Positions 23,341 through 36,675 of a DNA stretch of 64,000 nucleotides are shown here, in pieces. A model generated the notes under the pieces. It had not been told where the DNA came from. It saw only the letters and a program-made list of their open reading frames with translations, and did no database searches. Position 1 is the first letter of the stretch. Each line of letters starts with the position of its first letter. The DNA comes from Octopus bimaculoides (Eukaryota). A program made the position numbers and the translations under genes. The stretch spans positions 2,948,912-3,012,911 of the forward strand of contig NC_068997.1 in NCBI RefSeq assembly GCF_001194135.2. The letters are read 5' to 3'.

Positions 23341-24019
23341 TCTATACATTTCTGTGCATCCCTGGAAGAATAAACCAATATCTTATGCTGTTAAGTGGCT
23401 CAAGTAAAGTGGAAAGGATTAATGCCTAGACGAGCTGCTAGTGTTGTTTGACATCGAGTCTGACATATGTTTATTGGTGTAACAGTTATCGAAATTTTCC
23501 TCGTGTGAAAGCTCAGGAGATGATTAATAAGTAAAGTACATTTACGGAAATTACTCTTTTATTTGCGCTCAGTTGCCATTGCAAATAGTAGAAGAGAGAA
23601 GAAATAATAATTGTAGATAGTGATTTAAGTGGTTGACATCAATTTAATTGCTTAATGTAGCGCCAAATTCTGACTTAACCTGTTGCAATTGAAACCTTGC
23701 AAGTAATTCTGCACACAATATTATTATCCGACCCCATGTCAATTGGAAATGGCCAGACCATGAAAACTGTTTATCTTAACCTATGCAGAGTATGATGCAA
23801 GATTCTATTTGATTAATAAAATGGAGGAATTAATAACATCAAGGATGCAGTTGGAGTTGGAGACGGCAAATATGACGGAGCTTAGCAACAAGTATAATAT
23901 TATTGTGAGCAAAAGTATATCCCTTTTACATATCAAAGACATCGAAGGATATTTATGTTGACGAAAGCCAACGTGGAAGGTTTTAGATGGACTTTCCAAA
24001 TGCTAGAAATAACAGTCAG

Positions 24020-24490
24020 TGGGGACATTAATACTAAAAGGGGCAAAATTTAATACCAGAGGTGACGACTCACATGCCAGAGGCGAGGACACTAATACCA
24101 GAAGTGAGGGACTCTAATACCAGAGGTGATAACAGCAATACCATATGTGACAAACAATAATGCCTGAGGCAAGGACGTTTATACCAGAGTGGATACACTG
24201 CTGCCAGAGATGAGGGACACCACTACCTGAAGTGGGAGCACAATTTCTTAAGGGTAGGGATATGAATACCTGAGGTAGGTTCATTAATACCAGAGGTGGA
24301 GGCACTAATACCAGAGAGGGGGTGCATAAAACCTGAGGTCGGTACATTAATACCTGAGATCTCGAATGCCAGAGGTGGCTACTCTACAAACAGAAGTGAG
24401 GGATATTAATACCCGAGGTGGGGGCACTAATACCCAAGATGAAGGGACAGAAATTGCTGAGGTGACGGACTCTAATATTGTGGGTGGTTC
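24020..24490 (+). repeat. Minisatellite of about 21 units, period 21-22 bp (consensus near GGCACTAATACCAGAGGTGAG)
   Basis: The CC(A/T)GAG anchor recurs at 24056, 24077, 24098, 24120, 24141, 24163, 24184...24412, 24433. Confidence 0.9.
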
Positions 24491-24600
24491 ATTGCTAAAG
24501 AAAGTTATCTCATTTCATTGAGATATTTCAAATATTACATCCAAGGCAACAAAGCTTCATAAAAATTACACGTTACGAAAGAAAATATAATTTCAAATAG

Positions 24601-25166
24601 GGGCAGGCGTGTCTGTGTGGTAAGAACATGGGTTACCAACAACATGGTTCCAGGTTCAGTCTCACTGCGTGGCACCTTTGGGCAAGTATTTTGTACTCTA
24701 TCCTTAGGCCAAACAAAGCCTTGTGAATAGACTGGGTAGACGGAAACTGAAAAAAGAAGCCCATCATATATATATATATATATANNNNNNNNNNNNNNNN
24801 NNNNNNNNNNNNNNNNNNNNNNNNNNNNNNNNNNNNNNNNNNNNNNNNNNNNNNNNNNNNNNNNNNNNNNNNNNNNNNNNNNNNNNNNNNNNNNNNNNNN
24901 NNNNNNNNNNNNNNNNNNNNNNNNNNNNNNNNNNNNNNNNNNNNNNNNNNNNNNNNNNNNNNNNNNNNNNNNNNNNNNNNNNNNNNNNNNNNNNNNNNNN
25001 NNNNNNNNNNNNNNNNNNNNNNNNNNNNNNNNNNNNNNNNNNNNNNNNNNNNNNNNNNNNNNNNNNNNNNNNNNNNNNNNNNNNNNNNNNNNNNNNNNNN
25101 NNNNNNNNNNNNNNNNNNNNNNNNNNNNNNNNNNNNNNNNNNNNNNNNNNNNNNNNNNNNNNNNNN

Positions 25167-25237
<71 letters not shown>

Positions 25238-25470
25238 ATCTTTATACGTGTGTCTTTGTGTCTGTGTTTGTGCCCCCCACCACTCACATCACCGCTTGAG
25301 AATCAGTGTTGGTGTGTTTACGTTCCTTTAAACTAGCGGTTCGGTAAATAAAATAAGTACTAGGCTTAAAAATAAGTCCTGAGGTCTATTTGCTAGAGCA
25401 AAACCATTGAAGCCTTTGCTCCAGCATGGCCGCAGTCAAATGACTGAAACAGGTAAAAGAATAGAAGAAA
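24601..25470 (+). mobile_element. SINE family B spanning an N-gap inside its internal (TA)n
   Basis: Head GGCAGGCGTGTCTGTGTGGTAAG..GGTTCAGTCTCACTGCGTGGCACCTTTGGGCAAG lies left of the gap and the tail lies right of it. Confidence 0.9.
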
Positions 25471-25923
25471 ATCATCTTAGTTGTTTAGTAGTCGGCCAAT
25501 CTTTATCTACCATAACTATGATCTGAGTCATTCGCAAAATGACCTACATATTTGTTTATTAGATTTTTCTACTCAGCACTAGAATATCAACATTTCCTTT
25601 AAAACAGTCTAGAAATCTGACACTGATTTCTAGTAGGGTGAGCATCCATATTGAAGATCTATCGTTGACGAGAGCTTCAGTTATATCGTTCGATAGTCGG
25701 ATTCATGGTTTATTCAAACAACACTCAAATATATTATTGCATCTTTAACTCAGTAGTTTATGTGAAGGCTACACTCAGTATCATATATAAAGCCGCACTC
25801 AATATTTTCTAGCTGTTCCACTCAACAATAACTTATATCACGATACACGTCACACAATATTTTATATCATGTCCAATAACACATATGTTATCTCAGTATA
25901 CGCTTGTGTGTATGTATGTACAT

Positions 25924-25960
<37 letters not shown>

Positions 25961-27577
25961 NNNNNNNNNNNNNNNNNNNNNNNNNNNNNNNNNNNNNNNN
26001 NNNNNNNNNNNNNNNNNNNNNNNNNNNNNNNNNNNNNNNNNNNNNNNNNNNNNNNNNNNNNNNNNNNNNNNNNNNNNNNNNNNNNNNNNNNNNNNNNNNN
26101 NNNNNNNNNNNNNNNNNNNNNNNNNNNNNNNNNNNNNNNNNNNNNNNNNNNNNNNNNNNNNNNNNNNNNNNNNNNNNNNNNNNNNNNNNNNNNNNNNNNN
26201 NNNNNNNNNNNNNNNNNNNNNNNNNNNNNNNNNNNNNNNNNNNNNNNNNNNNNNNNNNNNNNNNNNNNNNNNNNNNNNNNNNNNNNNNNNNNNNNNNNNN
26301 NNNNNNNNNNNNNNNNNNNNNNNNNNNNNNNNNNNNNNNNNNNNNNNNNNNNNNNNNNNNNNNNNNNNNNNNNNNNNNNNNNNNNNNNNNNNNNNNNNNN
26401 NNNNNNNNNNNNNNNNNNNNNNNNNNNNNNNNNNNNNNNNNNNNNNNNNNNNNNNNNNNNNNNNNNNNNNNNNNNNNNNNNNNNNNNNNNNNNNNNNNNN
26501 NNNNNNNNNNNNNNNNNNNNNNNNNNNNNNNNNNNNNNNNNNNNNNNNNNNNNNNNNNNNNNNNNNNNNNNNNNNNNNNNNNNNNNNNNNNNNNNNNNNN
26601 NNNNNNNNNNNNNNNNNNNNNNNNNNNNNNATATATATATATGCATATATATATATGCATATATATATATATGCATATGTATATACTTATATACGTATAG
26701 ATTTATCTAATACACATTATTTATAATATATATAAACATGAAAAACCAGCATGTATCTGTGAATGTCATTATCAGACATTAATAGAATATATTATTTTCT
26801 CTTCTTCAAAGTAAGTAATTATATAAATATATGAGATATTTCGAGTTAGACATAATTACTTGCACGCTGTGAAATGTTTCATTATACGTAGTAAATTGAA
26901 ACATAGATAATCTTTTAGAGGCGTTCCTCATATACAGTGTATGGAAGACTGTAATGATAAAAATAATAAGCAACCCATTTAGAGATGTGGAGATTTCTCT
27001 AGTAGAATCAACATTGTGACTATGGTAAAATTTCATTGTGGTTATGGTAAAATTATATTTGTCTATTTCGCTGAAAATTTTTGCCAATTGGTTGCAGCAA
27101 GTGAAAACTGCTACCTGCGAAGACGATGGTTAAATGACTGATTTGGGGGAGTGAGTCTTTTGTGTGTGTCTTTGTCGTGTAATGGTGAATGTAGTTCTCG
27201 TTTTAATGCTGTTGTTTAACCGAAAATCCCTCTGGATCCTGAAAATTTCAAGTAAATAAAAGAGTCATAGTGTCAAATAGAATATGTGGCTGTACTTATT
27301 CGAGTGGTCTAAGCTCCGACTTCAAACGCTGCCCGTGTGAATTTTGCCGTTCATATTGTCGGTGATGGAGAAAGTACCATTTCTGGGAAGTTCTGGCAGA
27401 ATGGTACTGAACAGGACGAAATATTTTGCTGTATTGTTTTTTTCGTCTAGGTGTTATGCTTTTAAACTGCCCTTTCTCCTATCTCACGGTTAAGTCTTGA
27501 TCCAACAAACCTAACATTGAAAACATTCCAGCATTGATCACCTCTTCTTGATTTTAGAATTAATTATAGAATTATGT

Positions 27578-27799
27578 TCGTGCTTCTCAACCGGAACCCA
27601 TATAAAACTTTGCTGTTAAAAGGTTTTATGCTACACAGCCACGCGTGTATATGTAATAAGTTGGTTATACTTCTACAACATGCCAACTATTTTAAGAAAA
27701 AAAGATGAAATTTTTGAAACATCAAATGGTTATGGAGGTCCATCCGAGTAAAGTAGGAATGAAAGTGGATCCATAGCAAAAAGTGGTTGGGAATCACAG
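27578..27799. mobile_element. hAT-type MITE, degenerate; same family as 58216-58450
   Basis: Ends GTGCTTCTCAACC / GGTTGGGAATCACAG; internal TCAAATGGTT.TG..GGTCCA is shared with the 58.2-kb copy. Confidence 0.6.
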
Positions 27800-28348
27800 C
27801 TCTAACGTATGATTTTACAGTAATTTGGCTGCCATTTCTCGCAGGATGTGTAAAAAATCAGTCAAGCCAAGGATGGCATCTTAGAATTTCGAGCCTATAT
27901 TCCTAGATACCAGTCTAGATTTAATAACTAAAATACCACAGAAAGCTGAACACAGATACTACACAGATATTCTTCATCTCATACTCACTATATAATATTC
28001 AGTTGCTGGTGTAAGTAGAGAATATATGCTCTGATAAGGATATTTCAAAATGTGTGGTATCTAACCATTTAAATGCTGTAACGAAGAATATTTTCCAAAG
28101 AACACCTTCAGTAAAAAAATTCTATCCAAAATATAGTGAAAATGTGTAAACTCCAACTAAGCTAGTTCTTTACTGAGAGTATTATTTCAATATTAGTTTT
28201 CCAGATCCACAAAAATTACCCGCTTTTTAAAAGCCGAAACTACATCAATAGTTCACAAGTCACATAACTCAATTGATGAGGTGTAATCAGTTAATCGTTG
28301 GCCTTCTCATTTAAACACCAGCGAAAATGTTGTAAAGGGAGATCCCTG

Positions 28349-28656
28349 AAGACGTGATGCTTAGTGGTTATGGTATTCGGCTCAAGATCTCAAAGTCGTG
28401 ATTTCGAAACCTGGTGGCGCGTTGTGTCCCGTGCAGAACACTTTATTTCACGTTATTCCAATCCACTTAGTTGGCAAAAATGAGTTGTACCTGTAATTCA
28501 AAGGGGCCAACATTGTCACATTCTGTGTCACTCTGAATCTCCCTGAGAACTACCTTCAGGGCGCGCGTGTCTATGGATTGCTCAGCCATTTCACAAGCAG
28601 GTTGGTCTGCTGACCGGATAACTGGAACTCTCGTTGTCGTAACCGACGGAGTGCCA
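28349..28656 (+). mobile_element. tRNA-derived SINE (family C tail)
   Basis: Head TGATGCTTAGTGGTT..GATTTCGAAACC; tail GTACCTGTAATTCAAAGGG..CGACGGAGTGCCA is shared with the 35426 copy. Confidence 0.8.
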
Positions 28657-29353
28657 GTTACGACACTGTACTCAATGGCTCCCGTTTTCATAGATCAAAG
28701 GATTCATACAGCATAATGAGGTAGAGATTTAACCAGCAATTAAAACAAAAACCAAGATCAGGAATTAATTCTGTCCCTGGAATTTATAAATATTGTGACA
28801 GGGTCAACACTACTGCTCTGTCATACATATCGGGGAAGTGAGAGATAAAATCGAAAATGTCCACGGACAGTTACTTTACAACTTTATATCAATGGGGGAA
28901 AATGTTAGATGTTATAACGCGATTATTGAACCGAGGATAGTTTTGCATGTTAAGATGCAATGAGGTTGATACATAGTAGTGTCTCAAATGTTCCTAACAT
29001 CAAGGAACTGCTTGTGACACAAGCACACATTGTCTAAAGGGGAGATGTGCCCTCCGATGACGAGATACAACAGTGATCCGCATATTCACGTGCGTATCTG
29101 CCAGAGCTTATTCAGAATGAACGTTATTGTTTGTTGTATTCTTGTTGTTCAGTGTGCACCTCATGATTTATCAGTTTTCCAAAATTACATTCCTTTTATT
29201 TACATGAAAACTCCAGTACGTTTCATTTGATATGTCAATCCATTGCACTGCAACTGGAAATATTGTTAAAATTCTGCCAAGAGAAGCTCGAAAACATTGG
29301 CAGAACTTCAAGTAAGTATATTAACTGAATCCTATACATATATACATCCATCC

Positions 29354-29424
<71 letters not shown>

Positions 29425-29684
29425 CATATATATACATACATATATATNNNNNNNNNNNNNNNNNNNNNNNNNNNNNNNNNNNNNNNNNNNNNNNNNNNNN
29501 NNNNNNNNNNNNNNNNNNNNNNNNNNNNNNNNNNNNNNNNNNNNNNNNNNNNNNNNNNNNNNNNNNNNNNNNNNNNNNNNNNNNNNNNNNNNNNNNNNNN
29601 NNNNNNNNNNNNNNNNNNNNNNNNNNNNNNNNNNNNNNNNNNNNNNNNNNNNNNNNNNNNNNNNNNNCATATATACATCCATCC

Positions 29685-29727
<43 letters not shown>

Positions 29728-30241
29728 CATACATATATATACATACATATTATATATATTTGCATACAGACATACATACATACATATATATACATACATA
29801 TTATATATATATGCATACAGACATACATACATATATATATATACATACATATATATAATTTTGATGAAAAGATAATATTTCAATGGTCAAGTTGACGTAT
29901 TTTATTAAAAATTGGCTTGAAAGTCAATATTACGGGCGCTATAGTTGTTTGCCATATTTTCATGTTTGTTTAGCTCATAGTTCTATATAGACACGCATAA
30001 ATGTTTAGTAACTGCAAATATATTATCATCTTTGGTGAATATACTGCTTTGTATATAATTTATTATATATGGAGTCACTGATGCTTTAACAGAACGGCAT
30101 AGTGCCCAGTTATAAATCACTTCTACAAATCAACATCAACAGTGATAAATCAAGAACAATATTTACCATATACAGAGCATCTGATAAGCATCTAATATGC
30201 AAATAAAGCGATCCCTGTTTGCATATAAGTCCTAGACCAGT

Positions 30242-30359
30242 GATAGAAGTACAAAGTACATTAGGAATTAGAGAATGAACAGAAGTTTAATCTTCGAAAC
30301 AGCTGTAAGATTATAGTTCTGTTCATACTCTAATTCCTAATGTACTTTGTACTTCTATC
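30242..30359. other. Long inverted repeat: 53-bp arms, 3 mismatches, 12-nt loop CGAAACAGCTGT
   Basis: 30242-30294 is the reverse complement of 30307-30359 at 50 of 53 positions. Confidence 0.95.
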
Positions 30360-30678
30360 CGTAAACCCGGTTGGCAAAATAACATGGTTTGTCATAAACA
30401 CCTGTACTTTGTGGTTTTTCTTGTCACTTTAGCTATGAATTAAATTAATGAATTCAATGGGATACACTGTCTGCAAGTAGTTGGGTTCAGCATATTATCC
30501 TCCATTTTCTAATTGATTTACAAATTTGGGGTAACCCCCCCCCCTTTTTTACCCGCTCCCATTTATTGCACTTGCTATAACACTAGTGGAGCAATAATTG
30601 GGTACCCTCCCAGCAGTATATTGGATAGATACTATCTATCCCTTAGTGGGTTGAATCCTCAACCCCTACCTCTCTCGC

Positions 30679-30724
<46 letters not shown>

Positions 30725-31872
30725 CGGATGAATGTAAGTTCGTCCTTTAATTGGAATTATTTCGAAATATTTCTTATGTCTTTTCTTTATATTTTACTTC
30801 CAAATCCTCATATATAAATTTGTGTAGGTATGGAAGCTTGTATAGAAATAATCGGTATGTGACTTAACTTATTAAAGAATGTTCAGCAAATTCATTTATA
30901 TTTATGTAATGGACGAGATTAGATGTTAAAATGGATTATAGTTTTTAAAAAATTTTTCATGTTGCTATACAATTGTTTTGTACAAATGGATTCAGATATT
31001 CAGAAATAGAATATCATAATAGTCGTATTTGTACTAGTCAGTAGCTGATAGAAAAACTAAGAAGATAGATTTTTTTCTTAGTTATCATTTTGGGATTAAT
31101 ATATTCGTTCTTCCAATCATGTTTATTTGAATCAAGAGTAAAAAACATGTTAAATTGGTGCTAATATATGTACTATGAAAAACTGACATTTTCTCTATGA
31201 AAACCTTGGTCAAGCTGTATTTGTATGTACGTTGAGAAATACCAAATAAGGAAGAGTATGTATTTTCAAATACACTCTTAGCTTTTACTTAGTCAATTTT
31301 CAAAGACAAAAAAATACCAAATTAACTTCATAATCAAATGGAACATTTGCACATTGCACATGCACCTGCTTACAAAATTAACAATAAGTTCTGTAGATTA
31401 TGCCAAGAGGAAATCTTTAAAATAATGAAAAGGAAATGGACCCTAGTTACTACAAGCGATGAAAAAAGTTTTTTTCAAGTAGACACATGACAAGGTACCT
31501 CTTTAATTAAACTAAAGTGATTTATTGATATGATTTCATGTTAGCCTAAAATCTTCAATTCATTTTTTTTTTAATATAACCATTACCACACTTTATTTTA
31601 ATAGCTTAATAGAACTACACACCATAAATCTGAAACAACCTAATAGCCAAAATTAGCTATTTGACTTACATCGAGGCAAAATGGCTATAATAGTTTTTGT
31701 GAAACTTTAGATTATTTTCATAAAATATGTATATCAATATGTAATACTTATAGATATAATATCCTCTATGAAATACGAAATACTTATCCATATTTAATAC
31801 CTATAGATATAATATCCTCTTTAAAATATGAAATACATATATGCTCATACATACGTTTGCATGAATACAAAC

Positions 31873-31906
<34 letters not shown>

Positions 31907-31934
31907 TTATATATATACGCACACATATATATAT

Positions 31935-31965
<31 letters not shown>

Positions 31966-31970
31966 CAAAC

Positions 31971-32019
<49 letters not shown>

Positions 32020-32104
32020 TATATCTTATACATAGAAATGTAGGCTAAACTTTCGCATATTTCACGTGTTTTTTACGCCATTCCATCAATTGTCTATATC
32101 TGTA

Positions 32105-32340
32105 ATTTCGTAATTAGCGATGTTCTTCCTGGTTTGCTCTTTTCAACTTCTCCAGATCAATAGAGACAGTTACGTATCGTCGTAATGCCCCAGTAATTAC
32201 AGGTATAAATATAAAACTATATTCTGGGTGAAATAGCTGCAGATATCTCATTACCTTGAAATAGATATCTCCTTTTTCACTAATCTTTAACATCATCATA
32301 GCATCTGCTGCTCAACTGATATCCTCTCTTCTCTGATTCG
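32105..32340 (-). mobile_element. Dong/R4-like endonuclease-region fragment
   Basis: DIS*AADAMMMLKISEKGDIYFKVMRYLQLFHPEYSFIFIPVITGAL. Confidence 0.65.
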
Positions 32341-32738
32341 AACATTTTCTTTCGCAGCCTGTTAAAACCGGTAACTGGTCGGAAATATTCTTCTTCCTGT
32401 TGTTGTTGTTGTTGTTGTTGTTGTTCTTCTTCTTCTTCTTCTTCTTCTTCTTCTTCTTCTTCTTCTTCTTCTTCTTCCATCCTCCTTCTCTTTCCCCGCC
32501 TCCTCCTTCTACTTCTGCAAAACCCTAGAAAAGAAACTACAGTATTGACCGGCATTTATCTTTTTTCGTCATATGAGATAATAATTATTATCATTGTTTT
32601 TATTATTATTATTATTATTATTACTTAGTAGTAGTAGTAGTAGTAGTAGTGGTAGTAGTAGTAGTAGTAGTAGTAGTAGCAATAGTATTGTGGTTGATGT
32701 ATATATATATATATATATATANNNNNNNNNNNNNNNNN

Positions 32739-32897
32739 CAGCGGGCTTTTTTCAGTTTCCGTCAACCAAATCCACTCACAAAGCTTTGGTCACCCCGAGG
32801 CTATAACAGAAGACACTTGCTGAAGGTGCGACACAATGGGACTGAACCCGGAACCATGTGGTTGGGAAGCAAGCTTCTTACCACACAGCCATGCCTA
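32739..32897 (-). mobile_element. SINE family B 5' half next to a small gap
   Basis: Reverse complement reads GGCATGGCTGTGTGGTAAGAAGCTTGCTTCCCAACCACATGGTTCCGGGTTCAGTCCCA. Confidence 0.9.
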
Positions 32898-32899
32898 CA

Positions 32900-32942
<43 letters not shown>

Positions 32943-33265
32943 ATATACATATACATGTATATATATATACATATATATGTATATATATTTGTATGCAAAT
33001 CTACACACACACACATATATATATATATATTTCTATACTTATGAAAATATGTGTGCATGTACATATGTGTCTATATGTGCTCACGTGGGTGTTCCTGTTC
33101 GTATATATTTATGTGAGTGTTTGTGTACGTGTATGTTATGAATGCGGTTATACTTAAGATATTGTATCGAACGTACACCGATTGGAAAGAAACATATGTG
33201 GTGAGAGAGTGAACGTGAGAGTGGAAGAGACAGAGAGAGAGACTGAAAAGAATGAACTCATATAA

Positions 33266-33344
<79 letters not shown>

Positions 33345-33802
33345 GTGAATGTGAAAGAAAACCAGAGAATGAAAGAGAGAAGGTTATAAACAAAAGAAAT
33401 AGTGAGACTATAAAAAAATTGCTTAGTAATAAAAGAAACAACGAAAGAAGAAAATCCAAACAAGAATGCAATAAAAAGGAAATAACAAAGCCGAATGGTA
33501 AAATGCATAATACGTACATACATACATACATACATACACACACATATATATGTGTGTATATATTATACACACACATACCTATGTATGTTTTTATATATTC
33601 TTGTTTTTACTTTGTGGCATTCGTCAGAGGCTTTTCCGGACAATGAAATCAAGAAATATATTGATATTACGTCTGTCCAGGAATAAGTCAAATGGATTTA
33701 TTTGATATTTTTATAAGGCTGTCTGCTCCGCACTGAGCGCTGTATCTCACCCTGGTTGCATCATTTGTTTCTTTATCTTCATTATTAATGTTGCTGTTGT
33801 TA

Positions 33803-33878
<76 letters not shown>

Positions 33879-34139
33879 CAGTTGGTTTGAAGTGAAAAAT
33901 AGTCGTTACGTCACATTACTCATGCTGCTACACTAATCTCAAACGAATTACAAACATTTCTGTATAATCTAGATCTTTTATTGACTCTTAGCTCATACAT
34001 TATTGTTGGCTCCTACCTACCTACCTACCTACCTACCTATCTACCTACCTACCAACATACATACATACCTAAATACTTACCAGCCTCACTATCTACCTAC
34101 GTGTGGTGTGTGTGTACGTAGGAAGGGTAAAAGGTGAAA

Positions 34140-34465
34140 ACTTCTTGATCATGAATGATCATAAAATTGCACCTAGAAAGTTCCCCTCCGAGTCACAAGT
34201 CTGAGTAAGGCTGTTTATGGAAGACCAGCAGTCACCCATGCATATCAGCCTCCCCTCTCTACGCCTACCAATGTTAAGAGAAAGGCAAAGGCTGACCCAG
34301 CTTGGCACCAGTGACATGGCAACTCATTTCTACAGCTGAGTGAACTGGAACAATGAGAAATAAAGTGTCTTGCTCAAGAACACAACACACAAACTGGCCC
34401 GAGAATCGAACTCACTGCCTGATGATTGTGATCCCGACACTATAACCACTGGGTCATACACCTTC
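34140..34465 (-). mobile_element. tRNA-derived SINE (family D) with CORE-like middle
   Basis: A-box TGACCCAGTGG, B-box GAGTTCGATTC, CORE-like TTCTTGAGCAAGACACTT, and a tail unlike families A-C. Confidence 0.75.
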
Positions 34466-34938
34466 ACATGTATATAAATGTGTGTGTGTGTGCGTGTGTG
34501 TTTAATGTCACTAGGTGAGAGGAAAATAAGCTCAGTATACACAAGAAATTGTAGTGCTCAAATGAATTTGAACTTAAATTCTGATTTCGTCCAGGGTAAG
34601 GACTATGGCACCTAGTGGGGGTTGTAAAAGAAATCAAAATCGAGATGTTATAGAGGTAGTTAGGTAGATAAAAATAATTAGGATTGACACGTATATTTAC
34701 ATGTAGCATAAATAATACAGAATGTAAAATAAAAAAAAGAATATAGGTATAAGGATAGAAACTCCGTCATGTCTTATGTCGACTGCAGTTTCAGGATGAC
34801 AAAATCATTGAGAATAACCATAGCTTATGGGTGATAAATGCACACAGTCATCGTTAGTCAACCGGTGACCAATCAGATGAAAATAATACAGTAAGTCCAG
34901 ATTCCCCTTTCATCAGCATATCGGCATATATATATATT

Positions 34939-35033
<95 letters not shown>

Positions 35034-35425
35034 ATATGGTGATTCAGCAGACGATTCCGATAGAATAAGTAATAGGCTTTAAAAATCTGGAGTCGATTTG
35101 TTTGACTAAAACCCTTCGAGGTACTGCTCCAGCATGGCCGAAGGCAAATGACTGAAACAAGTAAAAGAATAAAAGAATATGTTCTTTTATTTTCATTTTG
35201 TATTCTTGGGGGCTTCACTTAAATATATTTACGAAGCCGAACAGATTCCGAGAACAACTTCTCTCCTGAGACAACGTGTGTTTATATCACCCAGGTTTCA
35301 GTGGCGTAGACGTACTTTGACACACCAATGTTTCGACATCATTGTCTCTCTATATTGGAAAGGCTACGTCTGGATGACTACTGCCTTTAAGATGAGTTTT
35401 GCTTCTTTTCTCATATTTGCTGATA

Positions 35426-35807
35426 GGAGGCGCAATGGCCCAGTGGTTAGGGCAGCGGACTCGCGGTCATAGGATCGCAGTTTCGATTTCCAGACCGGGC
35501 ATTGTGAGTGTTTATTGAGCGAAAACACCTACAGTTCCACGAGGCTCCGGCAGGGGATGGTGGTGAACCCTGCTGTACTCTTCCACCACAACTTTCTTTC
35601 ACTCTTTCTTCTTGTTTCTCTTGTACCTGTAATTCAAAGGGTCAGCCTTGTCACACTGTGTCACGCTGAATATCCCCGAGAACTACGTTAAGGGTACACG
35701 TGTCTGTGGAGTGCTCAGCCACTTGCACGTTAATTTCACGAGCAGGCTGTTCAGTTGATCGGATCAACTGCAACCCTCGTCGTCGTAAGCGACGGAGTGC
35801 CAACACA
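35426..35807 (+). mobile_element. Relatively intact tRNA-derived SINE (family C tail) with 14-bp TSD
   Basis: A-box TGGCCCAGTGG, B-box GTTTCGATTTCC; CATATTTGCTGATA at 35412-35425 and 35808-35821. Confidence 0.92.
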
Positions 35808-35879
35808 CATATTTGCTGATAACAATATAATCAATTTCATAGAAGTCTCCAAAAATATTAAAGGTAACCAAATACGCCT

Positions 35880-36220
35880 GCAGTCTTACGATATGGTGAC
35901 TTGAGCCTTTACGGTACAGTATAGACTGAGTATGTATATATCAAGGGTGTTCTAGTTTTACACGATGTTATAACAAGAGTTTTTTCAACCGATTGGATAC
36001 TGATTATGAACATCGATTGCTTTCCAGAGAATATGCTAAGCAACAAGTTGTCATAGATGAAGAGATTGCACGAAAGGAGTACTTCAGCTGATTACTCATG
36101 AAGCCCAACGGTGAGCGACATCATTGGCTCACGAGATTATATAAGAAGAATGTGGAAATTGTTTATTCAGAGAGAAACGACAAACGACTTGGACAGGCAA
36201 CATTATTTTTAGATAGGTCG
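35880..36220 (+). mobile_element. Very degenerate LINE (RTE-like) C-terminal fragment
   Basis: REKRQTTWTGNI resembles the RGRPxxxW motif. Confidence 0.35.
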
Positions 36221-36265
36221 ATGGTCGATGAAATATCCACAAAATGATTGCAATCATATATATGA

Positions 36266-36301
<36 letters not shown>

Positions 36302-36326
36302 TGTGTGTGTGCGTGTATGTCTGTGT

Positions 36327-36364
<38 letters not shown>

Positions 36365-36559
36365 AATATTCTAAAATATGTAGACCGTCGGCCAGACAAT
36401 GATGCTATAAGATAACACTACATGAAGACTGAATCGATGAAACTATCTTATAAATCCCATTTGTTTAGAACGATTTCTCTCCCTTTCTCTCTCTTTCTTT
36501 CTATATAGTATGTTATATACGTGTGTGTGTACAAACATATACATATATATATATACATA

Positions 36560-36675
<116 letters not shown>

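Noticed and set aside
24020-24490. CRISPR-like array
   Set aside because: Units are contiguous with no unique spacers, there are no cas genes, and the context is eukaryotic.
35426-35500. tRNA gene (A- and B-boxes, Arg-like)
   Set aside because: No acceptor-stem closure; it continues into a SINE body and is bounded by a 14-bp TSD. The same applies to the other tRNA-like heads.
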